Part shown: piece by piece, positions 30,461-39,738 of the stretch
Numbering within the stretch: the stretch's first letter is position 1
Layout of the letters: the number at the start of each line of letters is the position of its first letter
NCBI GenBank assembly: GCA_009695275.1
Contig: SIBF01000004.1
Span: 1 to 53,475, forward strand
From: Pedosphaera sp.
GTDB taxonomy: Bacteria; Verrucomicrobiota; Verrucomicrobiia; Limisphaerales; F1-12-MAGs170
DNA: 53,475 nt
Direction: 5' to 3'
Program-made: the position numbers and the translations under genes
The notes under the pieces: generated by a model
Seen by the model: only the letters and a program-made list of their open reading frames with translations
What the model was told of the DNA's origin: nothing
Databases searched by the model: none

Positions 30461-30862
30461 ATGGCGAAACAATGGCTGATCTCCCCGCAACACGCGAAGG
30501 TTCGGCGCGTGCTGAGAACCGCCGGCCCGATTGTCCTCGTGATTGGAATTCTTTTCACGGCGACGGCGTTCGTCAGCTTCCTCGGCGCGATGGGCGGTCA
30601 AAGTGGACCTCCAAAGCTGTTCGGGTGCGGCTTTGTTGGTCTGCCGCTGATGTTCGTCGGCTCGGTGCTGTGCATGTTTGGATTCATGGGCTCAGTCACA
30701 CGGTATGCCGCCGCCGAGCAAGCGCCGGTTGCGGCAGACACCTTGAACTACCTCTCGGACCACACTCAGGAAGGCGTCAAGACGTTTTCCAAAGCCGTCG
30801 CCCAAGGCGTTGTCGAGGGAATGCGTAACACACAAGGCCGGAAGCCAGCATCTGAGAAGTGA
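30461..30862 (+). CDS. hypothetical membrane protein
   Basis: Two predicted TM helices: PIVLVIGILFTATAFVSFL and GLPLMFVGSVLCMFGFM. Confidence 0.4.
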   Translation: MAKQWLISPQHAKVRRVLRTAGPIVLVIGILFTATAFVSFLGAMGGQSGPPKLFGCGFVGLPLMFVGSVLCMFGFMGSVTRYAAAEQAPVAADTLNYLSDHTQEGVKTFSKAVAQGVVEGMRNTQGRKPASEK

Positions 30863-30916
30863 CCGCTCTCGAACTTGCCGCAACTCAAAATCTCGAACGA
30901 AAGGATTGAACTTATG

Positions 30917-31135
30917 TTTGCAGCAATGCTGGGCGGCTTGAAAATCCTGATGGTACTGTTTCTCCTGCCTCTGTGCCTGGCCTTCTTCGCTTTCTGGGTC
31001 TGGATGCTCATTGATTGCATTCGCAGCAAAGCGTTGAGCGATGGTGAGAAAATCGCGTGGACGCTTGTCATCGTGTTCACCCATGCAATCGGGGCATTGA
31101 TCTACCTCGTCGCAGGCCGCAAGAGGGCGTCTTGA
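30917..31135 (+). CDS. PLD-nuclease N-terminal (PLDc_N) domain small membrane protein
   Basis: The motif WVWMLIDCIRSKALSDGEKIAWTLVIVFTHAIGALIYLVAGRK matches the PLDc_N / cardiolipin-synthase N-terminal motif. Confidence 0.55.
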   Translation, partial: FAAMLGGLKILMVLFLLPLCLAFFAFWVWMLIDCIRSKALSDGEKIAWTLVIVFTHAIGALIYLVAGRKRAS

Positions 31136-31149
31136 CCACCTCATGCGTC

Positions 31150-32022
31150 ATGCGCCTTCTCGAAGCCATCATCGCCGCCAATCACCGCGCCGCTGCCGGT
31201 GACACAACCGCCGGGGTGAATCCCGGCGAGTTCGGCATTGCGTTGCCGATCGTGGCTTTGACGTGCATTGATCCACGGCTCAATCCACTCCTGCCCGAAG
31301 TGCTCGGCGTGCCGGAAGAGTCGTTCATCTGGTTGCGGAATGCGGGCAACATCATCACCGGACCGATGAGCAGCACGATGCGTTCGCTTGCGCTGGCATG
31401 CGCGGTCAAGGGCGGCAAGGAGATCGTCATCATTGGCCACACGGATTGCCTGGTGTGCAAGACGACGATGATGCAGCTCACCGACCGTTTTCGCGCCTTG
31501 GGCGTCGAGCGCGCAAGCCTGCCAGCGAATCTCAACGAATACTTCGGCCTGTTCGCCAGCGAACGGCAGAACGTGATGAAGGCCGTGGATCACGTGCGAA
31601 GCAGCCCGCTCATCGGCCCGCGTGTGCCAGTGCATGGATTGCTCGTGGAGATCACGACTGGGAAGTTGGAATGGATTGTTAACGGTTACCAGGCGCTCGA
31701 AAACGCTACGAGCACGTCGCCCTCGCCAATGCAGACCGCCGGCCCCATGCCCGGGATGAAACTTCCCGAATTCAAACTTGGTGAATTGAAGTTCCCCGAA
31801 GGCAAGATCGGCGGCGATGTGCTTCAAACCCAGAAGTGGCTTTCGCAAGTCGAAGTGGTAACGGCCGAATCCGAACAGTTGAAATTGAAAACGACTGAGC
31901 TGGAAACCAAGCCACCGCCGGTGAAACGCGGGCATGAGCCGCGCCCACCCTCACTTCCGCAGCTCCAAAAAGGGCAGGCGCCGCCGAAATTACACCAGCC
32001 TTTCACGAAGCCGAAGGAGTAG
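31150..32022 (+). CDS. beta-class carbonic anhydrase-like protein with ~100-aa Pro/Lys-rich C-terminal extension
   Basis: Metal-ligand motifs CIDPRL (CxDxR) and IGHTDC (HxxC) at canonical beta-CA spacing. The C-terminal tail PPPVKRGHEPRPPSLPQLQKGQAPPKLHQP is not part of the beta-CA core. Confidence 0.6.
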   Translation: MRLLEAIIAANHRAAAGDTTAGVNPGEFGIALPIVALTCIDPRLNPLLPEVLGVPEESFIWLRNAGNIITGPMSSTMRSLALACAVKGGKEIVIIGHTDCLVCKTTMMQLTDRFRALGVERASLPANLNEYFGLFASERQNVMKAVDHVRSSPLIGPRVPVHGLLVEITTGKLEWIVNGYQALENATSTSPSPMQTAGPMPGMKLPEFKLGELKFPEGKIGGDVLQTQKWLSQVEVVTAESEQLKLKTTELETKPPPVKRGHEPRPPSLPQLQKGQAPPKLHQPFTKPKE

Positions 32023-32547
32023 TAAACTGCGGGCGCATTGCTCTTTTCCAGCCTCGAGAGCATTCCATTTCGGGATTGCAGCTTGTGTGCCGGGCAAATC
32101 TGTGCTTCTATCCTGTTCAGATGACGGAAAACTGGCGCAACCAAATGCTGGGTTCTGGCACTGGTTACAAAGCCGTGCTGGCGGGGGTTCAGTTGCTCGT
32201 CTTCCTATCGCTGCTCTTTCTGGTTGCCTCGCGCGATCTCCACCTGACGTTCCACCCGAATGCGAAAGATGCCGATCACAATTGCGGCGTGACCTTGCTG
32301 GCCTCGGGCGGCCTCGAACCGGCTTCCAGCAATGTTGTGCTGCCGCGGCCACTCGGAGCCCCCCCTGCGCTGGTCGAATTTTCCTTTTCCCTGCCGTCAT
32401 CGTTCCTTCGACTGCTTCCTCACGGTCGAGCCCCTCCGGTGGTTTGATCCGATCCTTTCGCCTTGGCTGAGATGGATCCCGTGTTAGGATTCTCGAGCAG
32501 TTCAAACCATTGACCTTTAACCCGCCTGCCGCGCGGGCGGGTTCAGA

Positions 32548-34059
32548 TTGAAGCATATGAAGTCAAATTTCCTTTGGGCCTCGTCCCTCGCCTTGGGACT
32601 GGGTGCCCTGACGTGCTATGCCGATGATCCGGCAACCGTCGAAAAGTTACAGCAGCAATTGCAGCAGATGCAGGAGAACTTCAACCGCACCGTTCGCGAA
32701 CAACAGACGCAAATCGAGGCGCTGAAGAAACAGTTGGATCAGATCCAACGGAAGGAATCGATCCAACCGAAGGGGACGATTCCATCCTCGCCGCCCAGTG
32801 TCGCGGTCCCATCGGCGCCAGCATCGGGATCCGAGACCAAGCCCTGGTCCCCCACGGATCCCATCCGAGTCGGAGGTCGCTCCGCTTACGTTGACCTGAG
32901 CATGGTGGGAACCTTCGCGGCCGGGACTTCGACGGCGCACGATATTGAGGGCGGCACACAGATGGGGGGGCACGACCCGAATCAGCGTGGGTTCACGACC
33001 CAAGGCGTGGAACTGAACCTGCAAGGCGCGGTGGACCCCTATTTCCGCGGCAACGCAAACATCCTTTTCCAGCTCGATTCCGGCGGGGAATCGTTCGTGG
33101 AACTGGAAGAAGCATGGCTCGAGACCGTCTCCTTGCCCGCTAATTTGCAGCTTCGCGCCGGGCAATATCTGACAGAGTTCGGGCGGCTCAATACGCAACA
33201 TCCCCACAGCTGGGGCTTCGTGGATGCGCCCCTCGTCAACGGCCGATTGCTGGGCGAGGACGGCGTGCGCAATCCCGGCATCCGGCTCTCCTGGCTGGTG
33301 CCGACTCCGTTTTACTCCGAGTTGTTCGTCGGCGTGCAGAACAGCCAGGGCGGCACGTCGGACAGTTTTCGCAGCGATCATGCGGGCGAACCGTTCCTCG
33401 GGCGCATCTGGGAAGAACGCGGCGTCGGCAGTCTCGGCGATATGCTTTATTCCACGCGCTACGCGATGTCCTTTGACCTTTCGGACACGCAAACGTTGCT
33501 CGGCGGAGTTTCGGCCATCTTCGGACCGAACAGCACCGGCGGGAATACGGACACTCAAATTTATGGCGCGGATGTTTACTGGAAATGGAAGCCCGCGACG
33601 GCTCATGCCGGCTTTCCGTTCGTTTCCTGGCAGACAGAGGCGATCTTGCGGCGTCTCCAAGCGGGCGCGTTCCGCAACGACTTCAACGGCAGCGGAACGT
33701 TGGACGCCGGCGAGGATGTGTTTGGCGACGGACTGATCCACACGGCCCCGCGGGAAGGGCTCACAAACTGGGGCCTCTACTCACAATTGCTTTATGGATT
33801 CCGCGAAGGCTGGGTTGGTGGATTGCGCGGCGATTACGTGGGACGAACCAGGCGGGCGAGCTATGAGCTGGCGTATGGCGACGATTCAGACCGTCTCAGC
33901 CGCTGGCGCATTTCTCCGAACCTGACGTGGTATCCCAGCGAATTCTCCAAAATTCGCCTGCAATACAACTACGATGACCGGGACAAGATCGGCGTCGATC
34001 ACTCGGTCTGGCTTCAATTCGAGCTATTGCTCGGCGCCCATGCGGCGCACAAGTTCTGA
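32548..34059 (+). CDS. outer-membrane beta-barrel protein (porin-like) with N-terminal coiled coil
   Basis: Signal peptide, a Q-rich coiled coil, alternating amphipathic beta-strands and a C-terminal …HKF aromatic terminus. Sits immediately upstream of znuA/znuB. Confidence 0.55.
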   Translation: MKHMKSNFLWASSLALGLGALTCYADDPATVEKLQQQLQQMQENFNRTVREQQTQIEALKKQLDQIQRKESIQPKGTIPSSPPSVAVPSAPASGSETKPWSPTDPIRVGGRSAYVDLSMVGTFAAGTSTAHDIEGGTQMGGHDPNQRGFTTQGVELNLQGAVDPYFRGNANILFQLDSGGESFVELEEAWLETVSLPANLQLRAGQYLTEFGRLNTQHPHSWGFVDAPLVNGRLLGEDGVRNPGIRLSWLVPTPFYSELFVGVQNSQGGTSDSFRSDHAGEPFLGRIWEERGVGSLGDMLYSTRYAMSFDLSDTQTLLGGVSAIFGPNSTGGNTDTQIYGADVYWKWKPATAHAGFPFVSWQTEAILRRLQAGAFRNDFNGSGTLDAGEDVFGDGLIHTAPREGLTNWGLYSQLLYGFREGWVGGLRGDYVGRTRRASYELAYGDDSDRLSRWRISPNLTWYPSEFSKIRLQYNYDDRDKIGVDHSVWLQFELLLGAHAAHKF

Positions 34060-34095
34060 ATCTGAAACGAACATGAACTCGCCCGGACCGATTTT

Positions 34096-35004
34096 ATGAA
34101 AACATTTCTCGCAACAGTTTTCGCCACGTTGATCGCGACGTCGGCGCAAGCAAAGCTCAATATCGTCGTCACGACTCCCGACCTCGCCGCAATCGCCAGG
34201 GTGGTCGGCGGCGACCAGGTCGAAATCACCACGCTCGCGCGACCTACTGAAGATCCGCACTTCGTGGACGCGAAGCCGAGTTTTATCGTCAGACTTAACA
34301 AGGCGAGCGTGCTCATCGAGGGTGGGGCGGAGTTGGAGATCGGCTGGCTGCCGCCGTTGCTCGCGGGGGCGCGCAATCCGAAAATCCAATCAGGCCAGCC
34401 TGGGCGTGTTCTCTGTAGCGATGGCATATCCATGCGGGAAGTCCCGACCACTCTGGATCGCTCGAAGGGAGACTTGCATGCCAGCGGTAATCCACACTTC
34501 ATGGTTGATCCGATGAACGCCCGCATCGTGGCGCAGCATCTCGCGGATGCATTCGGCAAGCTGGAAGCGTCATCCGCAGGCATCTTCAGCGCAAACGCGA
34601 GTAAGTTCGGGGACTTGCTCGATGCAAAGATGCTCGAATGGGAGAAAACACTGGCACCTTTCAAAGGGCGCGAGATCGTGGCGTATCACAATTCGTGGCT
34701 TTACTTCGCGGAACGGTTTGGACTGAAGATTGAACTATTTCTTGAGCCAAAGCCGGGCATCCCGCCCTCACCCTCACATCTGGCGGAGGTGATTTCAAAG
34801 ATGAAGGAGATGAACGCGCGCGTGGTCATCGTGGATCCTTACCTGAACCGCAAGACTGCGGAAACCGTGGCGCGCGGTACGGACGCCACCGTTCTTGACG
34901 TGGCACAATTCCCGGGCGGCGTGAAGGGAACGGAAGGCGGCTACATCGCGTTGATGGATTATCTGGTGAACTCGCTGGCGAAGGCTCTGGGAGACAAGAA
35001 GTGA
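34096..35004 (+). CDS. znuA: zinc/manganese ABC transporter substrate-binding protein (ZnuA/TroA family)
   Basis: Signal peptide, then TTPDLAAIARVVGGDQVEITTLARPTEDPHFVDAKPS and later HNSWLYFAERFGL, a cluster-9 SBP signature. Confidence 0.8.
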   Translation: MKTFLATVFATLIATSAQAKLNIVVTTPDLAAIARVVGGDQVEITTLARPTEDPHFVDAKPSFIVRLNKASVLIEGGAELEIGWLPPLLAGARNPKIQSGQPGRVLCSDGISMREVPTTLDRSKGDLHASGNPHFMVDPMNARIVAQHLADAFGKLEASSAGIFSANASKFGDLLDAKMLEWEKTLAPFKGREIVAYHNSWLYFAERFGLKIELFLEPKPGIPPSPSHLAEVISKMKEMNARVVIVDPYLNRKTAETVARGTDATVLDVAQFPGGVKGTEGGYIALMDYLVNSLAKALGDKK

Positions 35005-35005
35005 T

Positions 35006-35872
35006 ATGGATGCGAATGATCCAACGACTTGGTGGCAGGTGCTGGCCGTAATGAAATGGCCTCTGGTTGCGTGCCTGATTCTACCGCCGCTGCTGGTTTA
35101 CTTCGGCCTGCACATCATCCGGCGGGGAGTGATCTTCGTTGACCTTGCACTCGCGCAAGTGGCCACCCTGGGCGCGTGCGTGGCGATCCTGTTCCAATTT
35201 GACCCGCACGACTGGCAAAGCTACGCATTCTCTTTTGCGTTCACGCTCATCGGCGCGGCAATCTTCACGCTCACGCGCACGAAGGAACATCATCAAGTGC
35301 CCCAGGAGGCATTGATTGGCATCGTCTATGTGGTCGCGGCCGCGGGCGGGATTTTACTGCTCAACAACAGTCCGCACGGCAACGAGGAACTGAAGCAGAC
35401 GCTCGTCGGCGAATTGCTCTACCTGCAAACGCCGGCGCAAGTGCTCCTGCCCTTTGCGCTTTTCATGGCGATCGGCGTCGTACACTTCATCTTTCGCAAA
35501 AAGTTTCTCACCATCTCATTCGAACCGGCGCTCGCCAGGAAGGAAAAGCTCTCGATCCGGGGTTGGGATTTTCTTTTCTACGCGCTGTTCGGAATCGTGG
35601 TTACGACGTTCGTTCACATTGGCGGTGTGCTGCTGGTATTTTCCTATCTGATCATCCCGGCGGTTTGCGCAAATCTTCTGGCGCGAGGCCTGATTCCGCT
35701 GCTCGCCATCGGGTGCGGGATTTCCACTCTGGGAAGTGTGCTTGGAGTGTACTGCTCTGGTGCATTCAACTGGCCTGTTGGAGCGGCGATTGTCTGCGTG
35801 CTCGGAGTTGTCCTTCTCGGTGTAGCAGTCGTCGCCAGTTTGCGTCGGATCAACCCGGATCCTCATGACTGA
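35006..35872 (+). CDS. znuB: metal ABC transporter permease (ZnuB family)
   Basis: Eight TM helices and the conserved G(x)nLLxxSPHGNEEL…FEPALA block. Starts 2 bp after the znuA stop. No cognate ATPase gene is adjacent. Confidence 0.8.
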   Translation: MDANDPTTWWQVLAVMKWPLVACLILPPLLVYFGLHIIRRGVIFVDLALAQVATLGACVAILFQFDPHDWQSYAFSFAFTLIGAAIFTLTRTKEHHQVPQEALIGIVYVVAAAGGILLLNNSPHGNEELKQTLVGELLYLQTPAQVLLPFALFMAIGVVHFIFRKKFLTISFEPALARKEKLSIRGWDFLFYALFGIVVTTFVHIGGVLLVFSYLIIPAVCANLLARGLIPLLAIGCGISTLGSVLGVYCSGAFNWPVGAAIVCVLGVVLLGVAVVASLRRINPDPHD

Positions 35873-36001
35873 TACTCGGAGTCGCAATTCCCATCAGTTG
35901 GTTTGATTTCCCTAATCTGATGATTCTCTCATCAATCAGCCGCGCGCTGGCAGCGCTCAAAAGTCAATTGTGCCTCCAATAAACGCTGCTACCTTGCCGC
36001 C

Positions 36002-37054
36002 GTGAATGTTTTAGTTATCGCGATTCTTATCGTGGCCGCCTTGGGCAATTCCGCCTCCTTGACGAAAGCGGCCCAAACAAAGGAACGTCAGAAAAGCTCC
36101 CAAAAGCCAGTTGCCAGCACCACGTACATAGACCCCATCGAGCACGAGTATGAGAAGCTTCTCGAACTCGACGACGCGGCTCAAGAGGAAGTGGACAAGT
36201 GGATTCGCGACGCAAAGGCCTTCGAAGTGAAAGGCTCTTCCCTGCCGGAAGCCATGCTGAACTCTAAAATCGAGCAGCGTTTCGGTGAGGTGAAGAAATC
36301 ATACGAAACGTTTCTTCAGTTACACCCAAAACATGCGAAAGCGCGCCTGGCTTATGGAAGTTTTCTAAATGACATCCAGGAGGACGGAGCAGCCGTCACG
36401 CACTGGGAGAAAGCACGTGAACTGGACCCGTCAAATCCGGCAGCCTGGAATAACCTCGCCAATCACTACGGTCATCGCGGCCCGATAAAGAAGTCGTTCG
36501 AGTATTATGACAAAGCCATCGAACTCAATCCGAAGGAACCCGTGTATCTCCAAAACCTCGCGACGACCGTTTATCTGTTTCGGGATGACGCCATGGGACA
36601 TTACCACATCACCGAGGATCAGGTGTTCGCCAAAGCCCTCGACCTTTATCGTCAGGCGTTGAAGCTCGACCCGAAAAATTTCCCGCTCGCGACCGACCTT
36701 GCACAGTCGTATTACGGCATCAAACCCCTGCGAACCAAGGAAGCCCTCGAAGCTTGGGAATACGCCGTCAAAGTGGCCAACGACAACATCGAGCGCGAAG
36801 GCGTGTACCTGCACATGGCCCGGGTGGAACTCAACTCAGGAATGTTTATTGCCGCCCGCCAGCATATCAACATTGTCACCAATCAAATGTATGATGTGTT
36901 AAAGGGCCGCCTCATCCGCAATCTTGCTGAGAAGGAAGCAAAAGCGAAGAAAGGCGATTCCGCAGGAGCCGCAAACACGCTCGGAACTTTAAGCTCTGGC
37001 GCCTCGAAGCCTTCCGCGTCCGCAATCGGCACCAGTCGCGAGCCTGCAAAGTAG
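36002..37054 (+). CDS. TPR-repeat secreted protein
   Basis: Signal peptide plus repeated TPR-like units: W..A.ELDPSNPAAWNNLANHY, YYDKAIELNPKEP, ALDLYRQALKLDPKN. Confidence 0.7.
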   Translation: MNVLVIAILIVAALGNSASLTKAAQTKERQKSSQKPVASTTYIDPIEHEYEKLLELDDAAQEEVDKWIRDAKAFEVKGSSLPEAMLNSKIEQRFGEVKKSYETFLQLHPKHAKARLAYGSFLNDIQEDGAAVTHWEKARELDPSNPAAWNNLANHYGHRGPIKKSFEYYDKAIELNPKEPVYLQNLATTVYLFRDDAMGHYHITEDQVFAKALDLYRQALKLDPKNFPLATDLAQSYYGIKPLRTKEALEAWEYAVKVANDNIEREGVYLHMARVELNSGMFIAARQHINIVTNQMYDVLKGRLIRNLAEKEAKAKKGDSAGAANTLGTLSSGASKPSASAIGTSREPAK

Positions 37055-37133
37055 CTCCACTGCGTCAATGACGGCAGTGACTCTCCACGGCAGAGCCGAA
37101 AGGATTGTCCTCAATCCCTCTCCGATTTCCGCG

Positions 37134-37613
37134 CTACGGCGAAACCGCCAGCCGTTCCTCATTCGCTTCATGCTTCATCAGGACGCCGTGCTCCTTGTAA
37201 GGCTTCAGCAGGAAGTGGGTGGCCGTGGAGATGACACCTTGAATCGTCGCCAGTTTTTCAGAAACAAACGTCGCCACTTCGCGCAGACTGTTTCCTTCGA
37301 CGATGACCAGCAGATCGTAGCCTCCGGACATCAGATAGCATGACTCCACCTCGGGATACTTGGCGATCCTCTCCGCCAGCCGGTCGAATCCGCCTCCGCG
37401 TTCGGGGGTGATCTTCACCTCGATCACGGCGCGCACGCTTTCCATGCCGAGCTTTTCCTCGTTCAAAATCGTTCGGTAGCCGAGAATGACGTGATCCTGT
37501 TCGTAGGACTTGATCTTCGCCACCACTTCGCTCTCGGATTGATTGAGCATGGCGGCAAGTTGATTTGGTTTGAGCGCGGCGTTCTCCCGCAAAAGTTTCA
37601 GCAACGGTTCCAT
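37134..37613 (-). CDS. Lrp/AsnC family transcriptional regulator
   Basis: HTH at LLRENAALKPNQLAAMLNQSESEV and a C-terminal RAM/ACT domain VESCYLMSGGYDLLVIVEG. Confidence 0.9.
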   Translation of the reverse strand: MEPLLKLLRENAALKPNQLAAMLNQSESEVVAKIKSYEQDHVILGYRTILNEEKLGMESVRAVIEVKITPERGGGFDRLAERIAKYPEVESCYLMSGGYDLLVIVEGNSLREVATFVSEKLATIQGVISTATHFLLKPYKEHGVLMKHEANEERLAVSP

Positions 37614-37813
37614 GCGTCAAAGCTACACACATTGAAGCCCGGCCGCCAAGAGCGCATTCATGTATTCCAAACACCGCAAGGGCTCTAAAACCCATCATCA
37701 CCGACTTCCTGAGACCTCGACCGCCGCGTTCAAGCTCTTTGCGAAAATCGAACTTTCGTGAATCGACAACCAAAGAAGGCTGCGATCCAATCTCGCCGCT
37801 GAAAAACCATCCC

Positions 37814-39256
37814 TCACGCAAGCAATTCACGGACGACCTGCCCATGGACATCCGTCAGCCGGCGGTTCGCGCCGCTGTGACGGATCGTGAGGCGTTCGTG
37901 GTCGAGGCCGAGCAGGTGAAGCACGGTGGCGTGGAAGTCGTGGTTGGTGGTCACGTCCCGGGCAGCGCGCCAGGACCACTCATCGCTTTCACCGCAGGCC
38001 GCACCTGGACGCACGCCGGCACCGGCCATCCACCCAACGAAAGTTCCGCCGTTGTGATCACGGCCTTCGCTTCCTTGCGAGAACGGCATCCGCCCGAACT
38101 CGGTGTTCCAGAGCACCAGCGTGTCTTCCAACATGCCGCGCGCCTTGAGGTCTCGGAGCAGGGCGGCCACCGGCTTGTCCGTCGCGGCGCACATGGGCGG
38201 GAGTTCCTTCTGGATGTTCCCATGGTTGTCCCAATTGTTCGTCGGGCCACCCGCGCCGCTCCACACCTGCACGAAACGCACCCCCCGCTCGATCAACCGC
38301 CGTGCGATCAAGCAACGCCGGCCAAAGTCTTCGGTCACCTTGTCATCGAGCCCATAAAGCTGGCGCGTCAGCTCCGTTTCGCCGGTGAGATCGAACACTT
38401 TGGGCGCGCTGAGTTGCATCCGGGCGGCGAGTTCGTAGGAGCGAATGCGGCCATCCAGACGCGTGTCTCCGTCGTTCGCTTCGAGATGGCGGGTGTTCAA
38501 TTTTCCCAGCAACGCGAGGCCGTCCGTGCTGGCGTCAGGCGTGAGGTACTTCGCCGTCGCAGGCGGACGCAGGTGCGCCATTGGTTCGGCGAGCGCGGTG
38601 TTGATGATTGTCCCCTGATGCTGCACCGGGAGGAAGCCGCTGCTAAAATTTCCCTTTTGGTTGTAGGGCAGTCCGCGGGCATCCGGCAGGACGACGAACG
38701 ACGGCAGATCATCGCTCACCCGGCCCAGCGCGTAACTCACCCACGATCCGAAACACGGGAAGCCGGGAATCAGAAAGCCGGTGTTCATCAGGTAACTGGC
38801 CGGCCCATGCACGTTGGTGCGCGAAGTCATCGCCATGAAGAACGCGAGATCATCGACACACGTCGAGAGATGCGGCAACAGGCTGCTGACCCAACGACCA
38901 CTCTGGCCGTGTCGTCGAAGCTCGAACTGCGGCTTCAACACCTTGCCTGGCTCGCTCGTCGGGGCCTCGACGCGCTGGCCGCCGCCCGGATCGAACTTCT
39001 CTCCCGCGCGTTTGAACAATTCCGGCTTGTGATCGAACAAATCCATCTGGCTCGCGCCGCCGTTCATGAACAACTGGATGACGAATTTCGCGCGCGGCGG
39101 ATGATGCGGGATGAGCGGATGGCTGACGGCTCCTTCAGCGAGCAGTTTCTCGGTGCCGAGCAATTGAGCCAGCGCGACACCGCCAAGTCCGCCTCCGAAA
39201 CGCCACAAGAATTCGCGGCGGTTCAAGGCCTGGGAAGTAAGTTGGCCAGCGTTCAT
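37814..39256 (-). CDS. DUF1501 (sulfatase-like, Tat-exported) protein
   Basis: Tat leader MNAGQLTSQALNRREFLWRFGGGLGGVALA, then QLFMNGGASQMDLFDHKPEL and DHNGGTFVGWMAGAGVRPG. Paralog of 12565..14019. Confidence 0.85.
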   Translation of the reverse strand: MNAGQLTSQALNRREFLWRFGGGLGGVALAQLLGTEKLLAEGAVSHPLIPHHPPRAKFVIQLFMNGGASQMDLFDHKPELFKRAGEKFDPGGGQRVEAPTSEPGKVLKPQFELRRHGQSGRWVSSLLPHLSTCVDDLAFFMAMTSRTNVHGPASYLMNTGFLIPGFPCFGSWVSYALGRVSDDLPSFVVLPDARGLPYNQKGNFSSGFLPVQHQGTIINTALAEPMAHLRPPATAKYLTPDASTDGLALLGKLNTRHLEANDGDTRLDGRIRSYELAARMQLSAPKVFDLTGETELTRQLYGLDDKVTEDFGRRCLIARRLIERGVRFVQVWSGAGGPTNNWDNHGNIQKELPPMCAATDKPVAALLRDLKARGMLEDTLVLWNTEFGRMPFSQGSEGRDHNGGTFVGWMAGAGVRPGAACGESDEWSWRAARDVTTNHDFHATVLHLLGLDHERLTIRHSGANRRLTDVHGQVVRELLA

Positions 39257-39260
39257 TGTT

Positions 39261-39734
39261 TCATTTTGTTTCCGCCACAGAGGTGTGGTCATGGATGATC
39301 CGCCAGCCTTCGGGCATTTTAAGCAGGATGAGCGTGAAGACTCCGGAGCCTTCACCATTCGCACCTTTTTGGTGCCAGCGGCCAAAGGCCATCGCGGTGT
39401 CCGGCGAAAGAATTTTAATCTCCACGTTGGAAAAAGTTGTGGTACCCATCGCCGCCGGATCGGCGTAGCGCTTCCGATAGCGATCAAATACCTGCTGCCA
39501 CCCAAGCATGACGTTACCACCGGACGCGAAGCGCGTTGTGTCCGATTTCGCGTAGCCTTCCATGAACCCGGCCAGATTGCCCACGTTCCAGTCGCGGACC
39601 TGTTGAGCCAGCATCCCACGGATGGCGGCTTCTCTGGACGCTACATTCGTCTGTGCCTGGGGCGTTCGGCAGCCGTTGACTGCCAATGCTGCTGCCAGCA
39701 TTGCGATGGCGAGGAACAGGAATGAAAGTCTCAT
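39261..39734 (-). CDS. NTF2-like/SnoaL-like (DUF4440-type) lipoprotein
   Basis: Lipobox MRLSFLFLAIAMLAAALAVNGC. The W…NVGNLAGFMEGYAKSDTTRF…GRWH…GWRIIHDH pattern is typical of NTF2-fold proteins. Sandwiched between a PSD1 gene and a DUF1501 gene. Confidence 0.55.
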   Translation of the reverse strand: MRLSFLFLAIAMLAAALAVNGCRTPQAQTNVASREAAIRGMLAQQVRDWNVGNLAGFMEGYAKSDTTRFASGGNVMLGWQQVFDRYRKRYADPAAMGTTTFSNVEIKILSPDTAMAFGRWHQKGANGEGSGVFTLILLKMPEGWRIIHDHTSVAETK

Positions 39735-39738
39735 GGCA

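Noticed and set aside
32076-32447. 123-aa ORF with one TM helix upstream of the OMP gene
   Set aside because: Possible small membrane protein, but the Pro/Ser-rich C-terminus and lack of motifs make it indistinguishable from a chance ORF. A GC hairpin (CCCGCC…GGCGGG) near 32520 is noted only.
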